From positions 1 through 51,961 of IMG/VR virus record IMGVR_UViG_3300043416_000423: a stretch of DNA of 51,961 nt; one strand, given 5' to 3'. Positions 1 through 9,041 of the stretch are shown piece after piece; positions within the stretch are counted from its first letter, which is position 1, and each line of letters begins with the position of its first letter. This stretch comes from a virus (taxonomy: Duplodnaviria; Caudoviricetes). Under the pieces are notes generated by a model. That model saw only the letters and a program-made list of their open reading frames with translations, was not told where the DNA came from and did not search any database. The position numbers and the translations under genes were made by a program.

Positions 1-6
1 TGTTGA

Positions 7-13
7 TATTTAT
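7..13 (-). promoter_or_regulatory. T4-type late promoter (ATAAATA), presumably for major capsid gene gp23 beyond the window edge
   Basis: ATAAATA on the minus strand right after the gp22 stop; T4 gene order 22-23. Confidence 0.55.
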
Positions 14-1591
14 TTACTTAATTGTTTTTCCGATTGCTTTAACATAGTGAGCCATTGGTCCATTATGTTCTTCAGCAATCATTGTTCTTCCGTCTGCATC
101 TTCAAATGGATCAAGTGTTGTTCTTTGAGTTACAGACTTAGAAAAATAGCTTTCCTTTAGAGTTTGAACTTTTGTTTCATATTCTTCAGGTGTAGTAAAA
201 GTAACATTTTCAGCAAGTGAACGGAGCTTTGCAGCTTGTGTAGTTGTTAAACCATCATATGCTGAGAATAGAATTTCTGTTTGCTTTGATTCATTGAGCA
301 TTTGTGAAAGTGAAACATTTCTATCAATTTCTTCATTAAGTCTTGTTTCAATCTTTTCTAACTTATTGCCCATTTCTTCAACGATATTGACTTCTTCTTC
401 AGGAACATTAATATAGTGTTCTGAAAATAGATTATGAAGTCCAGATATAAAACCTTCAGTTAGTTCTGTACGAAGACCTGATTCAATAGCAACTTCATTT
501 TCTGAAACCCATTGTTCAACAACATAGTTGAGATATGCATCTACTTGCTCAATGAGTTGTTCATGAATTTGTGTAACTTCTTCTTCAAGAGACTTTGCAT
601 AAGCTTCTTCTAGAACAGTAACTTCTTCTTGGACTCTTGTAGAAACAGCTGATTCGAAGATTGTTTCTGCCTTTTCACGGAAATCTTCAGAAAGATTTTC
701 ACCAGCTAAAAGGGCATCAACATGTTCCTTCATCATTTTCTTCATTTTCTTAGATTTTTCTTCTTTTTCATCATTTTCATCTTCTTCATCTTCATGCTGT
801 TCTTCAGAAACTAGTTCAAAGTTTTCATCAATCGCTTCAGCAATTTCTTCATCAGAATGACCTTCTTCAATCATTGATTCAATGAATGATTCTAGTTCTT
901 CTGAGATTTCAAATTCTTCGTCCATTTGACCAGCAAAATGATCGACTAATTTCTTTCTCATTACCGGATCTTTTGTTTCATTATGAACTGCGCGCATTAC
1001 TTTATTATCGGAATAATCTTCAATATTAGGATGATTCGATCTAATAGAATCAGCAATACGAGACATCTCTCTTTTTTCAGTCATTTCAAATTCTTCGTCC
1101 ATTTTTTCTTTTTTTGCTGCAGCTGCTTTAATATCTGTCAATGACGTTGCTGTTTTAAAAGTCATTGTTGGATCTTTTCTTTTTTCAAAAGCTGCTCTGA
1201 TAGGATTTTTTTTACCTGGTTCATCAGCTTTAATTTTAGCAATCGCTTCAGCCATAACACCTTGACCTTGAGTCTTTTGGTCTTCTGCTGGAACAGCAGA
1301 TTGTGCTGACTTAGAATTATCTTTCTTAGTCTTTACTTTTGCATAGGGGTTAGGATCAGTAGCAGATGTTACTGGACCACCCAAATCTTCATATTCTTCA
1401 AACTCACCCTCTTCAGGTGCATTTGGATTAGCAAATCTTGGTTCAATTCCTCTTGATCCAGGACGCAATGTTGCAGAATTTGGTGTCATCATTTTTGCAC
1501 CAGCATCAGGATCAGATTGTGAAGAACTGACAGAAGGAACCATACCTTCCTTCATTAGAACATGTCTTGCTGCTTCAGTAAGGGATGCCAT
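14..1591 (-). CDS. gp22: Prohead core scaffolding protein with long N-terminal extension
   Basis: C-terminal half has gp22 motifs (LSEDFREKAETIFESAV, VDAYLNYVVEQWVSENEVAIESGLRTE, LKESYF); downstream of gp21; SD AGGAG. Confidence 0.93.
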   Translation of the reverse strand: MASLTEAARHVLMKEGMVPSVSSSQSDPDAGAKMMTPNSATLRPGSRGIEPRFANPNAPEEGEFEEYEDLGGPVTSATDPNPYAKVKTKKDNSKSAQSAVPAEDQKTQGQGVMAEAIAKIKADEPGKKNPIRAAFEKRKDPTMTFKTATSLTDIKAAAAKKEKMDEEFEMTEKREMSRIADSIRSNHPNIEDYSDNKVMRAVHNETKDPVMRKKLVDHFAGQMDEEFEISEELESFIESMIEEGHSDEEIAEAIDENFELVSEEQHEDEEDENDEKEEKSKKMKKMMKEHVDALLAGENLSEDFREKAETIFESAVSTRVQEEVTVLEEAYAKSLEEEVTQIHEQLIEQVDAYLNYVVEQWVSENEVAIESGLRTELTEGFISGLHNLFSEHYINVPEEEVNIVEEMGNKLEKIETRLNEEIDRNVSLSQMLNESKQTEILFSAYDGLTTTQAAKLRSLAENVTFTTPEEYETKVQTLKESYFSKSVTQRTTLDPFEDADGRTMIAEEHNGPMAHYVKAIGKTIK

Positions 1592-1615
1592 TATTGTTAA
1601 CTCCTATGTTTTCTT

Positions 1616-1622
1616 TATTTAT
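1616..1622 (-). promoter_or_regulatory. Late promoter (ATAAATA) for gp22
   Basis: ATAAATA in the gp21-gp22 gap, upstream of the SD. Confidence 0.65.
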
Positions 1623-1627
1623 GTTTT

Positions 1628-2284
1628 CTAAAATTTTGACAAATAACCTTTGAATATATCTAATGCTTTTTCTTCTATTTGTCTTTTAGATAAAGTTTTA
1701 ATATGCTTTCTTGATTCTTCAATATATCTCTTTTGCCAAGTGTTTGTTGAAGTATCTAACCACCAATCACAATTTTCCATAATACCTTTTACGAAAGCAT
1801 CAGGTGCTGAAGGATCAGACACAATGTCTGCTGCTGTTGCTAGCTTGAAGTCATCTTGTACTAATTGGTATCCATTATGTGCTTTCAGTGTGCCAACACC
1901 TCTTGTTGAAACACCAAGAGTAACACCACCATCAAGCAATCCTTTAACTGTATTACCCATAGGAGTATCAAGAATCTTTGCTCTACCAATAAAGTTATTG
2001 CCATCTGGATATAACTTAGTGATCATGTGTGATACACGGTCTAGATTGATTGAAGGTGTATCAGGATGACCAAGTTCTCCTAAAGCTCTGTTCTTATTAA
2101 CATGTTCACGATTATATCTATCTACTTCTTTAGACAAAGTTTGGAATGGATATACACGACCATTCTTATTTTGTCTTTCTGCCATCATAAAGATACCTTC
2201 AATGCAATAAGACTTCTTACCGCTTTCTTTATCTTCAGTAATAAGAACTTTTACATCTTGAATTTCTTCCTTAATCAGTTTCAT
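1628..2284 (-). CDS. gp21: Prohead core protease
   Basis: IEGIFM, NKNGRVYP, ALGELGHP, GVSTRGVG, DIVSDPSAPDAFV motifs. Confidence 0.97.
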   Translation of the reverse strand: MKLIKEEIQDVKVLITEDKESGKKSYCIEGIFMMAERQNKNGRVYPFQTLSKEVDRYNREHVNKNRALGELGHPDTPSINLDRVSHMITKLYPDGNNFIGRAKILDTPMGNTVKGLLDGGVTLGVSTRGVGTLKAHNGYQLVQDDFKLATAADIVSDPSAPDAFVKGIMENCDWWLDTSTNTWQKRYIEESRKHIKTLSKRQIEEKALDIFKGYLSKF

Positions 2285-2286
2285 GT

Positions 2287-2553
2287 TTAGTAACCTAATC
2301 TTTTTCTCTTTTGAATTGATCTCGATCTTTTACGTAGTATTTGTTGCATTTTAGAACGTTTCTTAATCTTAGCTCTTTTAGCACCAAGCTTTCTTCTACG
2401 TCTTTCAGCTGGTGACATTCTTGTTAACTTGCCACCACGAAATGTAAAACCTGAAACATTAGAAACTTTTATACGTCTTTCTACTTGTCCATTTCTAATT
2501 CTTAGCTTGACAACTTTTACTCTAGCTGCTTCTAATAGTTGTTCTTTGGTCAT
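2287..2553 (-). CDS. gp68: Prohead core protein, gp68-like (highly basic)
   Basis: Arg/Lys-rich, ends in KRKRLGY as gp68 proteins do; directly upstream of gp21. Confidence 0.7.
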   Translation of the reverse strand: MTKEQLLEAARVKVVKLRIRNGQVERRIKVSNVSGFTFRGGKLTRMSPAERRRRKLGAKRAKIKKRSKMQQILRKRSRSIQKRKRLGY

Positions 2554-2554
2554 G

Positions 2555-3292
2555 TTATTTCTTTTTCATCGAAACTACTGTATTGCGATTTTTCATTCTA
2601 AAAAATGCAGCAGGATCAGTTGGTTTTTCGTTAGAAGTTTGATCAGAATATTCTTGTGCTTTTTCCTTATCGTAGTTTTTTACACGAACTTTCTCCTGCA
2701 TTATTTTCATTGCAGCTTTCTTAACATCTTCTTTTATCTTTTTTACTGGTGAAGGTGCATCTAAATCTGGTTTATGGGCGCTCATTGTTTCTCTTACTGC
2801 ATCGTCTAAAGCACGTTCTTTAGTAATTGAACCTGCACTGGAATCAGGTGTAAATCCTACATCTTTTGATGCTTCACTATGTTTGTACCGAAATGTTTGT
2901 GTACCTTTCGTTCCTAATGAACCTAACATTGTACCTGGTTTATTATCTTCATTTTTATGGAATGTTACTTTATCTCCATGATCAACAGCAACAAAATCAT
3001 TACCTACATGAACTTTAGGACTTTTATTGTCACTTTTACCTGCAAAAGGAACAACATCACCTTCAGCTAATCCTCTTTCAGCTTTTTCAATAGAAGCCAA
3101 CTTATTATTACCTGTAGTTTCCTTAAATTTACCTTTAGCATCAACATTCAATTGCTCAGAGAACATCTTTGCTGCATACATTTTCTTTGCTTCATTAAGC
3201 TTTCTAGAAACAATGTCATTCATTTCTTCATGAAACATCTGATCTGCTTTAGTATATTCTTTAATGATAATGCTTTCTACAAGTTGATTCAT
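2555..3292 (-). CDS. Putative internal head protein with gp67-like N-terminus
   Basis: N-terminal helix (LVESII...KLNEAKKMYAAKMF) resembles gp67-type proteins; several L/I-x-E sites; head cluster. Confidence 0.5.
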   Translation of the reverse strand: MNQLVESIIIKEYTKADQMFHEEMNDIVSRKLNEAKKMYAAKMFSEQLNVDAKGKFKETTGNNKLASIEKAERGLAEGDVVPFAGKSDNKSPKVHVGNDFVAVDHGDKVTFHKNEDNKPGTMLGSLGTKGTQTFRYKHSEASKDVGFTPDSSAGSITKERALDDAVRETMSAHKPDLDAPSPVKKIKEDVKKAAMKIMQEKVRVKNYDKEKAQEYSDQTSNEKPTDPAAFFRMKNRNTVVSMKKK

Positions 3293-3810
3293 GGTGCTGC
3301 AGGACCTCTGTTAAATGCTACTGGATCGGCTGTTTGGCCTTGATCATAATCTCTTCCATCTTTTCTAACTTCAATGAACATTGTAAAATTATCATTTGCT
3401 TTCATACCAACAGTAGAAATTAGAATATCACCGTTTGAACTTCCTTCAGGATTTGGAAAAGTACCACCACCAACACCTCCCCATGCTTCACCCGAATAAT
3501 CAAAAGAATCGTTTGATACTACAATGATTTCAGAATTTGTTGCACCTTGCCACTGAAGCTTAAGATATCCTGTAGAACCAGAACCAACATTTGTTGCACC
3601 CTTGATTCGACTAATTGTTGTTCTATAATTTGATCTAGGATGTGTATTTGATGACATGATGTAACCATTAGCATTTAATGCATATGCTAACGTTGAAACA
3701 TCCATGAGAGTAGAATTAGCTAATTGTGTACCATCAGAAATACAAACATACTTGATTAATGTTCGTCTATTTGTATCAACTATTCTATGTTCTCTAATTA
3801 GATTTGCCAT
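3289..3810 (-). CDS. Hypothetical virion structural protein (beta-rich)
   Basis: 173-aa ORF with SD, 4-nt overlap with the next gene, in the head operon. Confidence 0.6.
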   Translation of the reverse strand: MANLIREHRIVDTNRRTLIKYVCISDGTQLANSTLMDVSTLAYALNANGYIMSSNTHPRSNYRTTISRIKGATNVGSGSTGYLKLQWQGATNSEIIVVSNDSFDYSGEAWGGVGGGTFPNPEGSSNGDILISTVGMKANDNFTMFIEVRKDGRDYDQGQTADPVAFNRGPAAP

Positions 3811-3816
3811 CTGTTC

Positions 3817-5637
3817 CTACTGTTTAATTGCGAAATTGATTACTTTAGTTAGAGATGTTATATTTTCATTTAACATTCTCTCTAGCTTATTTCTGTTTGT
3901 TCTGTTCAATGATTCGTGAAGTTTAACAACTTTCTTAGCAATACTTTTATTTATAGTAATTGTTTCTTCACCAATTTGAATTGTATGTGAAGGAATATTG
4001 TTTTCAACAATTTGCTTGAAAGTGATTATATTGTTATTTTGTTCTCTAACACCAAATATTTGTCTTTGCTTTGCAACTTCTTGTCCTGAAAGATTAGCTC
4101 TTTCTCCTGGTCCACCAGCAGTCATTGTCTTCATTGCTCTACCAGGATCGGTAAATGCATGTTCACCACTAACTGGTTTGGCTAAATCACCTATATCTGA
4201 TAATGCACCAGCAGCGGCAGCACCTAATCCAGCGGCACCGGCTGCTGCTCCTGCTACAATTTTTCTTGCTCCTATTCTACTAGCAGTTATTGGTTTATTA
4301 CCTGCCGCTTGTCTTCTTCTGTTAAGTCTAGATAAAACTTCCTCTGGTTTTTTTTCAAGTCTTTTACCTGCTTTACTCAGTGATCTTTTTCCGATATATC
4401 CTGCACCTGCTTTCAATGCTGAACCAACACCTAATGCAGCACCAGCAACTTTACCTAAAGTAGATGCTGTTGAATCGGATGATCTTTCAGTTTCATCTTG
4501 TTGTGCTTTAAGCTCGTCGGAATAAGTTGTATTTTTTCCAGTAAGTTTTTTTCTTAAATATTCTCCGCCAGCAGAAGCATAATCAGCACCACCCAAAGTT
4601 GCCATATTTGCTGCGCTTCTACCAAAATCTGATATTGCTCCTTCATCTAACTGTCTTTCTTCACGAATTTGTTGCAAATTATCTCTGAATGATTCTTTAA
4701 CCGGCATTTTAGGTGTTTTTCTGAAAAAGTCGCCAATTTTGCTACCAACTATTGCGGCAGCAGCTAATCCTGGATGATCAGAGCCTGAAATTATACTAGA
4801 TGCAGAGGGTTTATATCCTAAATTTCTATCCATATGAACACGTTCTTGTGGTGAAGCATTCATATATCTTGTATGTAAATCTTTATCAGGAATTCCTTTA
4901 GTTGTAGTTAGTCTACTTGTTGGTATTTTAGAAACATCTTTAGCATTCTTATTAGCAGCAATTTGTAATCGACCAGCATTTTTTGCTGTCTTTACAGCAG
5001 ATGTACCAGCCCAAGGACGAATATTTTTACCAGTAGAATCTGTTGCAGTTGTTCTCATTCTATATGAAAGCTGTTTTAGTTTTTCTTTTTGTTTTGCTGA
5101 TGCAATTGCTTTTTCAGCTGGATCTTTATCTTCATCATCTTCAATGTCTTTAATTTTAGACATTCTTTTTGCATATGCTCTAGTAGCTAATTCTTGAGAT
5201 ATCTCATCAATTCTTTCTTCATTCAATTGTGGACTTAAGTCTTTAACATTAGGACCAAAAGGAATAGAAATATATCTATCTAGTGCTTGAGAATAATACA
5301 TACCAATTTTCTGATTATCAGGAAACACACGAATAGCCTTTCTCTTTAGAATGATGACAGTGGGCATATCTTTGTCTGATGGATACGCAGCTTTATCTAC
5401 TTTCTGATTCTTTTCTACTAAAACATGAGCCATTAACGATTCAAGCAAATACTTCAATGTCTTTTTCTCAGCTTCAGTCATTTCATTAACATTCTTGTTC
5501 AATGAACGTTTAATAATTGGAAGTTTAGATGACTCAAATAGTCCAGCATCAGATAACTCTGCTAATTTTATTTCATCAGCAGTTGCTTTATCTGTTTCTA
5601 GACTATACTGTTCTAATATTTGCTTGACGGTAATCAT
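3817..5637 (-). CDS. Putative internal head protein, modular, with candidate gp21 cleavage motifs
   Basis: 606 aa between gp20 and gp21; IDE/LDE/LNE/VKE motifs delimit Lys/Ala/Gly-rich blocks. Confidence 0.55.
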   Translation of the reverse strand: MITVKQILEQYSLETDKATADEIKLAELSDAGLFESSKLPIIKRSLNKNVNEMTEAEKKTLKYLLESLMAHVLVEKNQKVDKAAYPSDKDMPTVIILKRKAIRVFPDNQKIGMYYSQALDRYISIPFGPNVKDLSPQLNEERIDEISQELATRAYAKRMSKIKDIEDDEDKDPAEKAIASAKQKEKLKQLSYRMRTTATDSTGKNIRPWAGTSAVKTAKNAGRLQIAANKNAKDVSKIPTSRLTTTKGIPDKDLHTRYMNASPQERVHMDRNLGYKPSASSIISGSDHPGLAAAAIVGSKIGDFFRKTPKMPVKESFRDNLQQIREERQLDEGAISDFGRSAANMATLGGADYASAGGEYLRKKLTGKNTTYSDELKAQQDETERSSDSTASTLGKVAGAALGVGSALKAGAGYIGKRSLSKAGKRLEKKPEEVLSRLNRRRQAAGNKPITASRIGARKIVAGAAAGAAGLGAAAAGALSDIGDLAKPVSGEHAFTDPGRAMKTMTAGGPGERANLSGQEVAKQRQIFGVREQNNNIITFKQIVENNIPSHTIQIGEETITINKSIAKKVVKLHESLNRTNRNKLERMLNENITSLTKVINFAIKQ

Positions 5638-5780
5638 TATCTGAAATACTTATGTGCCATTACAACTTTTTTTTCTTCTAACTTTTCAGCAGCTTTTTTG
5701 ATTAAAGATTCACGAATATTCTTATTCATTTCTTCTAGTTTATTTTCTGAAAGATTGATTAATGCTTTTCTAATGCTCAT
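5637..5780 (-). CDS. Small prohead core protein, gp67-like (47 aa; absent from ORF track)
   Basis: Manual translation MSIRKALINLSENKLEEMNKNIRESLIKKAAEKLEEKKVVMAHKYFR*; SD AGGA; late promoter upstream; TAATG overlap with the next gene. Confidence 0.7.
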   Translation of the reverse strand: MSIRKALINLSENKLEEMNKNIRESLIKKAAEKLEEKKVVMAHKYFR

Positions 5781-5804
5781 TGGTGTCTTTCCTGTTTATT
5801 ACTA

Positions 5805-5811
5805 TATTTAT
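5805..5811 (-). promoter_or_regulatory. Late promoter (ATAAATA) for the gp67-like gene
   Basis: Overlaps the stop of the ART gene, ~25 nt upstream of the ATG at 5780. Confidence 0.6.
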
Positions 5812-6665
5812 GTCTTGACTTTACAATCAATATATATAACTTCTAAGTTGATAGATGCACTAATAGCGTCAGAACCAACTAAATTCTGTGGATCAGACAT
5901 AACTTCAATTGTTGTTCCACGAGGTAAAATAAATTCACCATCGATTGCATTGGGTGAAAAATCAGCTGCATATATTCCTCTAGTATTCTTAGGAACAAGT
6001 AATTGTAATAATATTACTTGAGGTCTACCAGCAAAGCTTGTTTGTGTTGCTTGTGCTGAATTAAGAACAGTATTCATACTAATAGATGTATCACGATATC
6101 CCTTAAACTTAAAAACTAAACCTTTAGTAAAATCTTCAACTCTATAATCTGCTGACAATCTTGCGTATGTTAGAAAGTCTATTGGTGCTCTTATTCTTTT
6201 GACAGCAGAGTCCATTGTTGCAATAAATTCTGGCATTGTATCATCAAGTGAAGTCTTCTCTATCTTATTTGCAGCAACATTTGAAGGCAAAGCTGAAAGT
6301 CTAGTATTAATATCAGAGTATGCATTGTTAATAAAATTGTAAATAGCATCCAATTCAGCATCATCATATTTTTCAGGAGTATAAGCAGTAGTTAAGTAAT
6401 TATGTAATTCTTCAATTTGAGGTGCCATCATTGCACCATAAGTGCCATAATCATCAGCATTGTTTGTTTTGAATGTATTGGTTTTTACTGCACGGTTAAA
6501 CGGAACAAGCTTACCATTTTGAACAATATGTGTTATCTGTCCTGTTCTAGTATCGACATATCTGCCAAAACCTATATATTGCAATCCAAGCTTTTGTGCT
6601 TGCTGGGATGATTCAGACTGTTCTGGTACTTTGAGTTGATTTAAATCTTCAAATATCTTTTTCAT
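5808..6665 (-). CDS. ADP-ribosyltransferase, VIP2/Alt-like (R-S-E class)
   Basis: ELDAIYNF..NAYSDINTRL helix, TYAR, FKGYRDTS, LLVPKNTRGIY, DGEFILPRG motifs in canonical order. Confidence 0.75.
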   Translation of the reverse strand: MKKIFEDLNQLKVPEQSESSQQAQKLGLQYIGFGRYVDTRTGQITHIVQNGKLVPFNRAVKTNTFKTNNADDYGTYGAMMAPQIEELHNYLTTAYTPEKYDDAELDAIYNFINNAYSDINTRLSALPSNVAANKIEKTSLDDTMPEFIATMDSAVKRIRAPIDFLTYARLSADYRVEDFTKGLVFKFKGYRDTSISMNTVLNSAQATQTSFAGRPQVILLQLLVPKNTRGIYAADFSPNAIDGEFILPRGTTIEVMSDPQNLVGSDAISASINLEVIYIDCKVKT

Positions 6666-8335
6666 GTTGCAAATTCCAATTCGTTCGCTTGAACTTCAAA
6701 TTTAGAAGGTAGCATTGGTGTACCGTCTGAATTTAATGGATTACCACTTTCATTAGTTGTTGGTGCTTGTTGTTGCATAGGTACTTGATTTCCATTAGCA
6801 TCTAGTGTCATTCCTTGTGCAGCAGCATCAGCCTGTGCTTGTGCTTGCTGTTGTTGTACAACTTGTGCTTCAGCTGCAATCTGTTCATCAATTTCTGCAA
6901 TATCCTCATCTGTTTGTTGTAGAACATTCTTACGTATCCATTGTACAGAATAATAACGACCTACATATGGATCAACCACCTGTAATAATGCAGCACGGTT
7001 TGTTAATAACTCGGCATCTTTTAATTCTGTAAAGTTATTGTCTTTCTTATAATCATACCAGATGTCTTCTTTGAATGTTTTCCATTCTTCAGGAGAGCAG
7101 ATTCGTTTTAATGATAATTGTACTCTAAGAAGATCGTCAAACATACCAGAGAATTTGCTTCTTAGTCTTTGAACAAACTTAGTAAACTTTAATTCATCTC
7201 TGGTAATCTCTGTTGATCTACCAAGAGAGAAACCTTGTTGTGATTCTAATCTTGAGATAGGAACACCAAGTGATTTATAAAGTTTCTTTTCAAAATACTT
7301 CACATCTTCCATCTCGCCTAGATTTTTTCCACCGGGAAGTGTTGTAATTTCTGTACCCTTGCCTCCTTCACGTCTAGGCAACCAAAAGTCTTCCAACATT
7401 GAAAGATGTTTACGATCATCTTTAATTTCACCAGTATTAGAATCATATACAAGCTTGTTTCTATACTTATTCATAATATCACGAAGATATTGTTCTGCTT
7501 TAATTGTTGGCATATTACCAACATCGATGTAAAAAATTCTTCTTTCTGGTGCACGTGCAAGTCTATAAATTACCGTGGCATCTTCAACCATTCTGAGTTG
7601 GTTAAGTGGTTTGATAGTTTTATGAAGATAAGAGAGAACCATTGCCCTCTTAGAATCCATAAGACCTGAATTAATGTTCACGATAGAATCGACAGCAATC
7701 TTAGTTCCTAAGTTAGAATGTACACCAATGACACCTCTTTCATTATAAAGATAATATTCGTTTTGATTTTTGATTATTTCCATACCAGTCTTAGTATCTT
7801 TAGTCTTTTGGATTTCACGAATTTTTCTAATACGTCTTGGATCAATATATCGAATTTCTTGAATACCTAATGCTGGTGAAGATTCATCAATGACAACATG
7901 CCAAAACATTCTTCCGTCAATATACCAACGACGAAAAATATCATGACCCATGTTGCCGAAGTTTAGTAGTTTAATGATATAATTGAATTCCTGTTTTATT
8001 TTTTTCTTGATGTTATCTGGTTGCTGCAATTCATCCATGTTAATATCAACAGACTTACCAGAATCTTCCATAACAATAGCTTCATTGATAATTTCATCAA
8101 TTGCTGTTTCTATTTCTGGCTGCATACTCATTTCACGATAACGTGTAATAAGTTCAATTTCGTTTCTTACAACACCATCAAGATCAACGTATGTACCATA
8201 ATACGATCCAGATTGAATCGTAACAGCACCGTCGTCATTCTGCGGTAAAGCAAATGTTTTTTGTGTTGGCTCTTGATTATTATTAACAGGATCTTCTTTT
8301 TTTGAGATTGAAAATCCAAAAAGTGTTAATGCCAT
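6662..8335 (-). CDS. gp20: Portal vertex protein
   Basis: WYIDGR, YIDPRRIRKIRE, RAPERRIFYIDVGNMP, EDFWLPRREGGKGTEITTLPGG. Confidence 0.98.
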   Translation of the reverse strand: MALTLFGFSISKKEDPVNNNQEPTQKTFALPQNDDGAVTIQSGSYYGTYVDLDGVVRNEIELITRYREMSMQPEIETAIDEIINEAIVMEDSGKSVDINMDELQQPDNIKKKIKQEFNYIIKLLNFGNMGHDIFRRWYIDGRMFWHVVIDESSPALGIQEIRYIDPRRIRKIREIQKTKDTKTGMEIIKNQNEYYLYNERGVIGVHSNLGTKIAVDSIVNINSGLMDSKRAMVLSYLHKTIKPLNQLRMVEDATVIYRLARAPERRIFYIDVGNMPTIKAEQYLRDIMNKYRNKLVYDSNTGEIKDDRKHLSMLEDFWLPRREGGKGTEITTLPGGKNLGEMEDVKYFEKKLYKSLGVPISRLESQQGFSLGRSTEITRDELKFTKFVQRLRSKFSGMFDDLLRVQLSLKRICSPEEWKTFKEDIWYDYKKDNNFTELKDAELLTNRAALLQVVDPYVGRYYSVQWIRKNVLQQTDEDIAEIDEQIAAEAQVVQQQQAQAQADAAAQGMTLDANGNQVPMQQQAPTTNESGNPLNSDGTPMLPSKFEVQANELEFAT

Positions 8336-8353
8336 TCAATATTCTCCCATGAC

Positions 8354-8379
8354 GATAGGATGACGTTTGCCATCCTATC
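8354..8379. terminator. Strong stem-loop between gp19 and gp20
   Basis: GATAGGATGAC-GTTT-GCCATCCTATC inverted repeat; short T tract only on the plus side. Confidence 0.5.
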
Positions 8380-8392
8380 TTTATATATAGTG

Positions 8393-9001
8393 TTACTGAA
8401 TAACAGGAAGAATTGGACTTGTTGCTGCGTTTGCACCAACAAAGTCTGTAGTAGGACCATTTGTACCACCAGCCCACTCCCACCATTGATATGCGAATGT
8501 TACTGCATATTCTTCAATAGTATCATTTGCACCCCAATCAAGTTCAATAGGAGAAACGTCAATTGGAAATAAACCAACAAACTTGTATCTCTTAATTGTT
8601 GAACCGTCTTTGCCGAACTGAGTAACAAAACCGTCTTGTTGATAACCACCATCACCTTTGATGAACTGACGACTTCTTAAGTTACCAACATGTGAGTTTA
8701 GTCCACTCATCCACTTTTCGAAAGCATCACGAATCTTAAAGTCCTCATCATTGATAACAGTAACTGTCCATTCTGGAAATGATCTATTGCCAGAGAACTT
8801 TAGTTCACGACCAAAATAGAATTGTGGGATCTGATTGACAGTTGTACCAGGAAGTTGCGCTGCTCTTGCCATAAATGTAAATTTAGTCTGTGCACCTTGT
8901 CCTTGTGTCAATGTTGGAAATGTGAGATCACACTTGAACAAATTAGGACGTGCACCGTCATAATTCATTTGTGATCTAAATTCTTGTACTCGAAAAGCCA
9001 T
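8393..9001 (-). CDS. gp19: Tail tube protein
   Basis: GARPNLF, AAQLPG, GRELKFSGNRSFPEWTVTVINDEDF, IEEYAVTFAYQWW. Confidence 0.97.
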   Translation of the reverse strand: MAFRVQEFRSQMNYDGARPNLFKCDLTFPTLTQGQGAQTKFTFMARAAQLPGTTVNQIPQFYFGRELKFSGNRSFPEWTVTVINDEDFKIRDAFEKWMSGLNSHVGNLRSRQFIKGDGGYQQDGFVTQFGKDGSTIKRYKFVGLFPIDVSPIELDWGANDTIEEYAVTFAYQWWEWAGGTNGPTTDFVGANAATSPILPVIQ

Positions 9002-9033
9002 GTAGTTTAACTCCTTTAAGGATTGTTTTTATG

Positions 9034-9041
9034 TATTTATA
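9034..9041 (-). promoter_or_regulatory. Canonical T4 late promoter TATAAATA for gp19
   Basis: Exact consensus upstream of SD AAGGAG. Confidence 0.75.
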
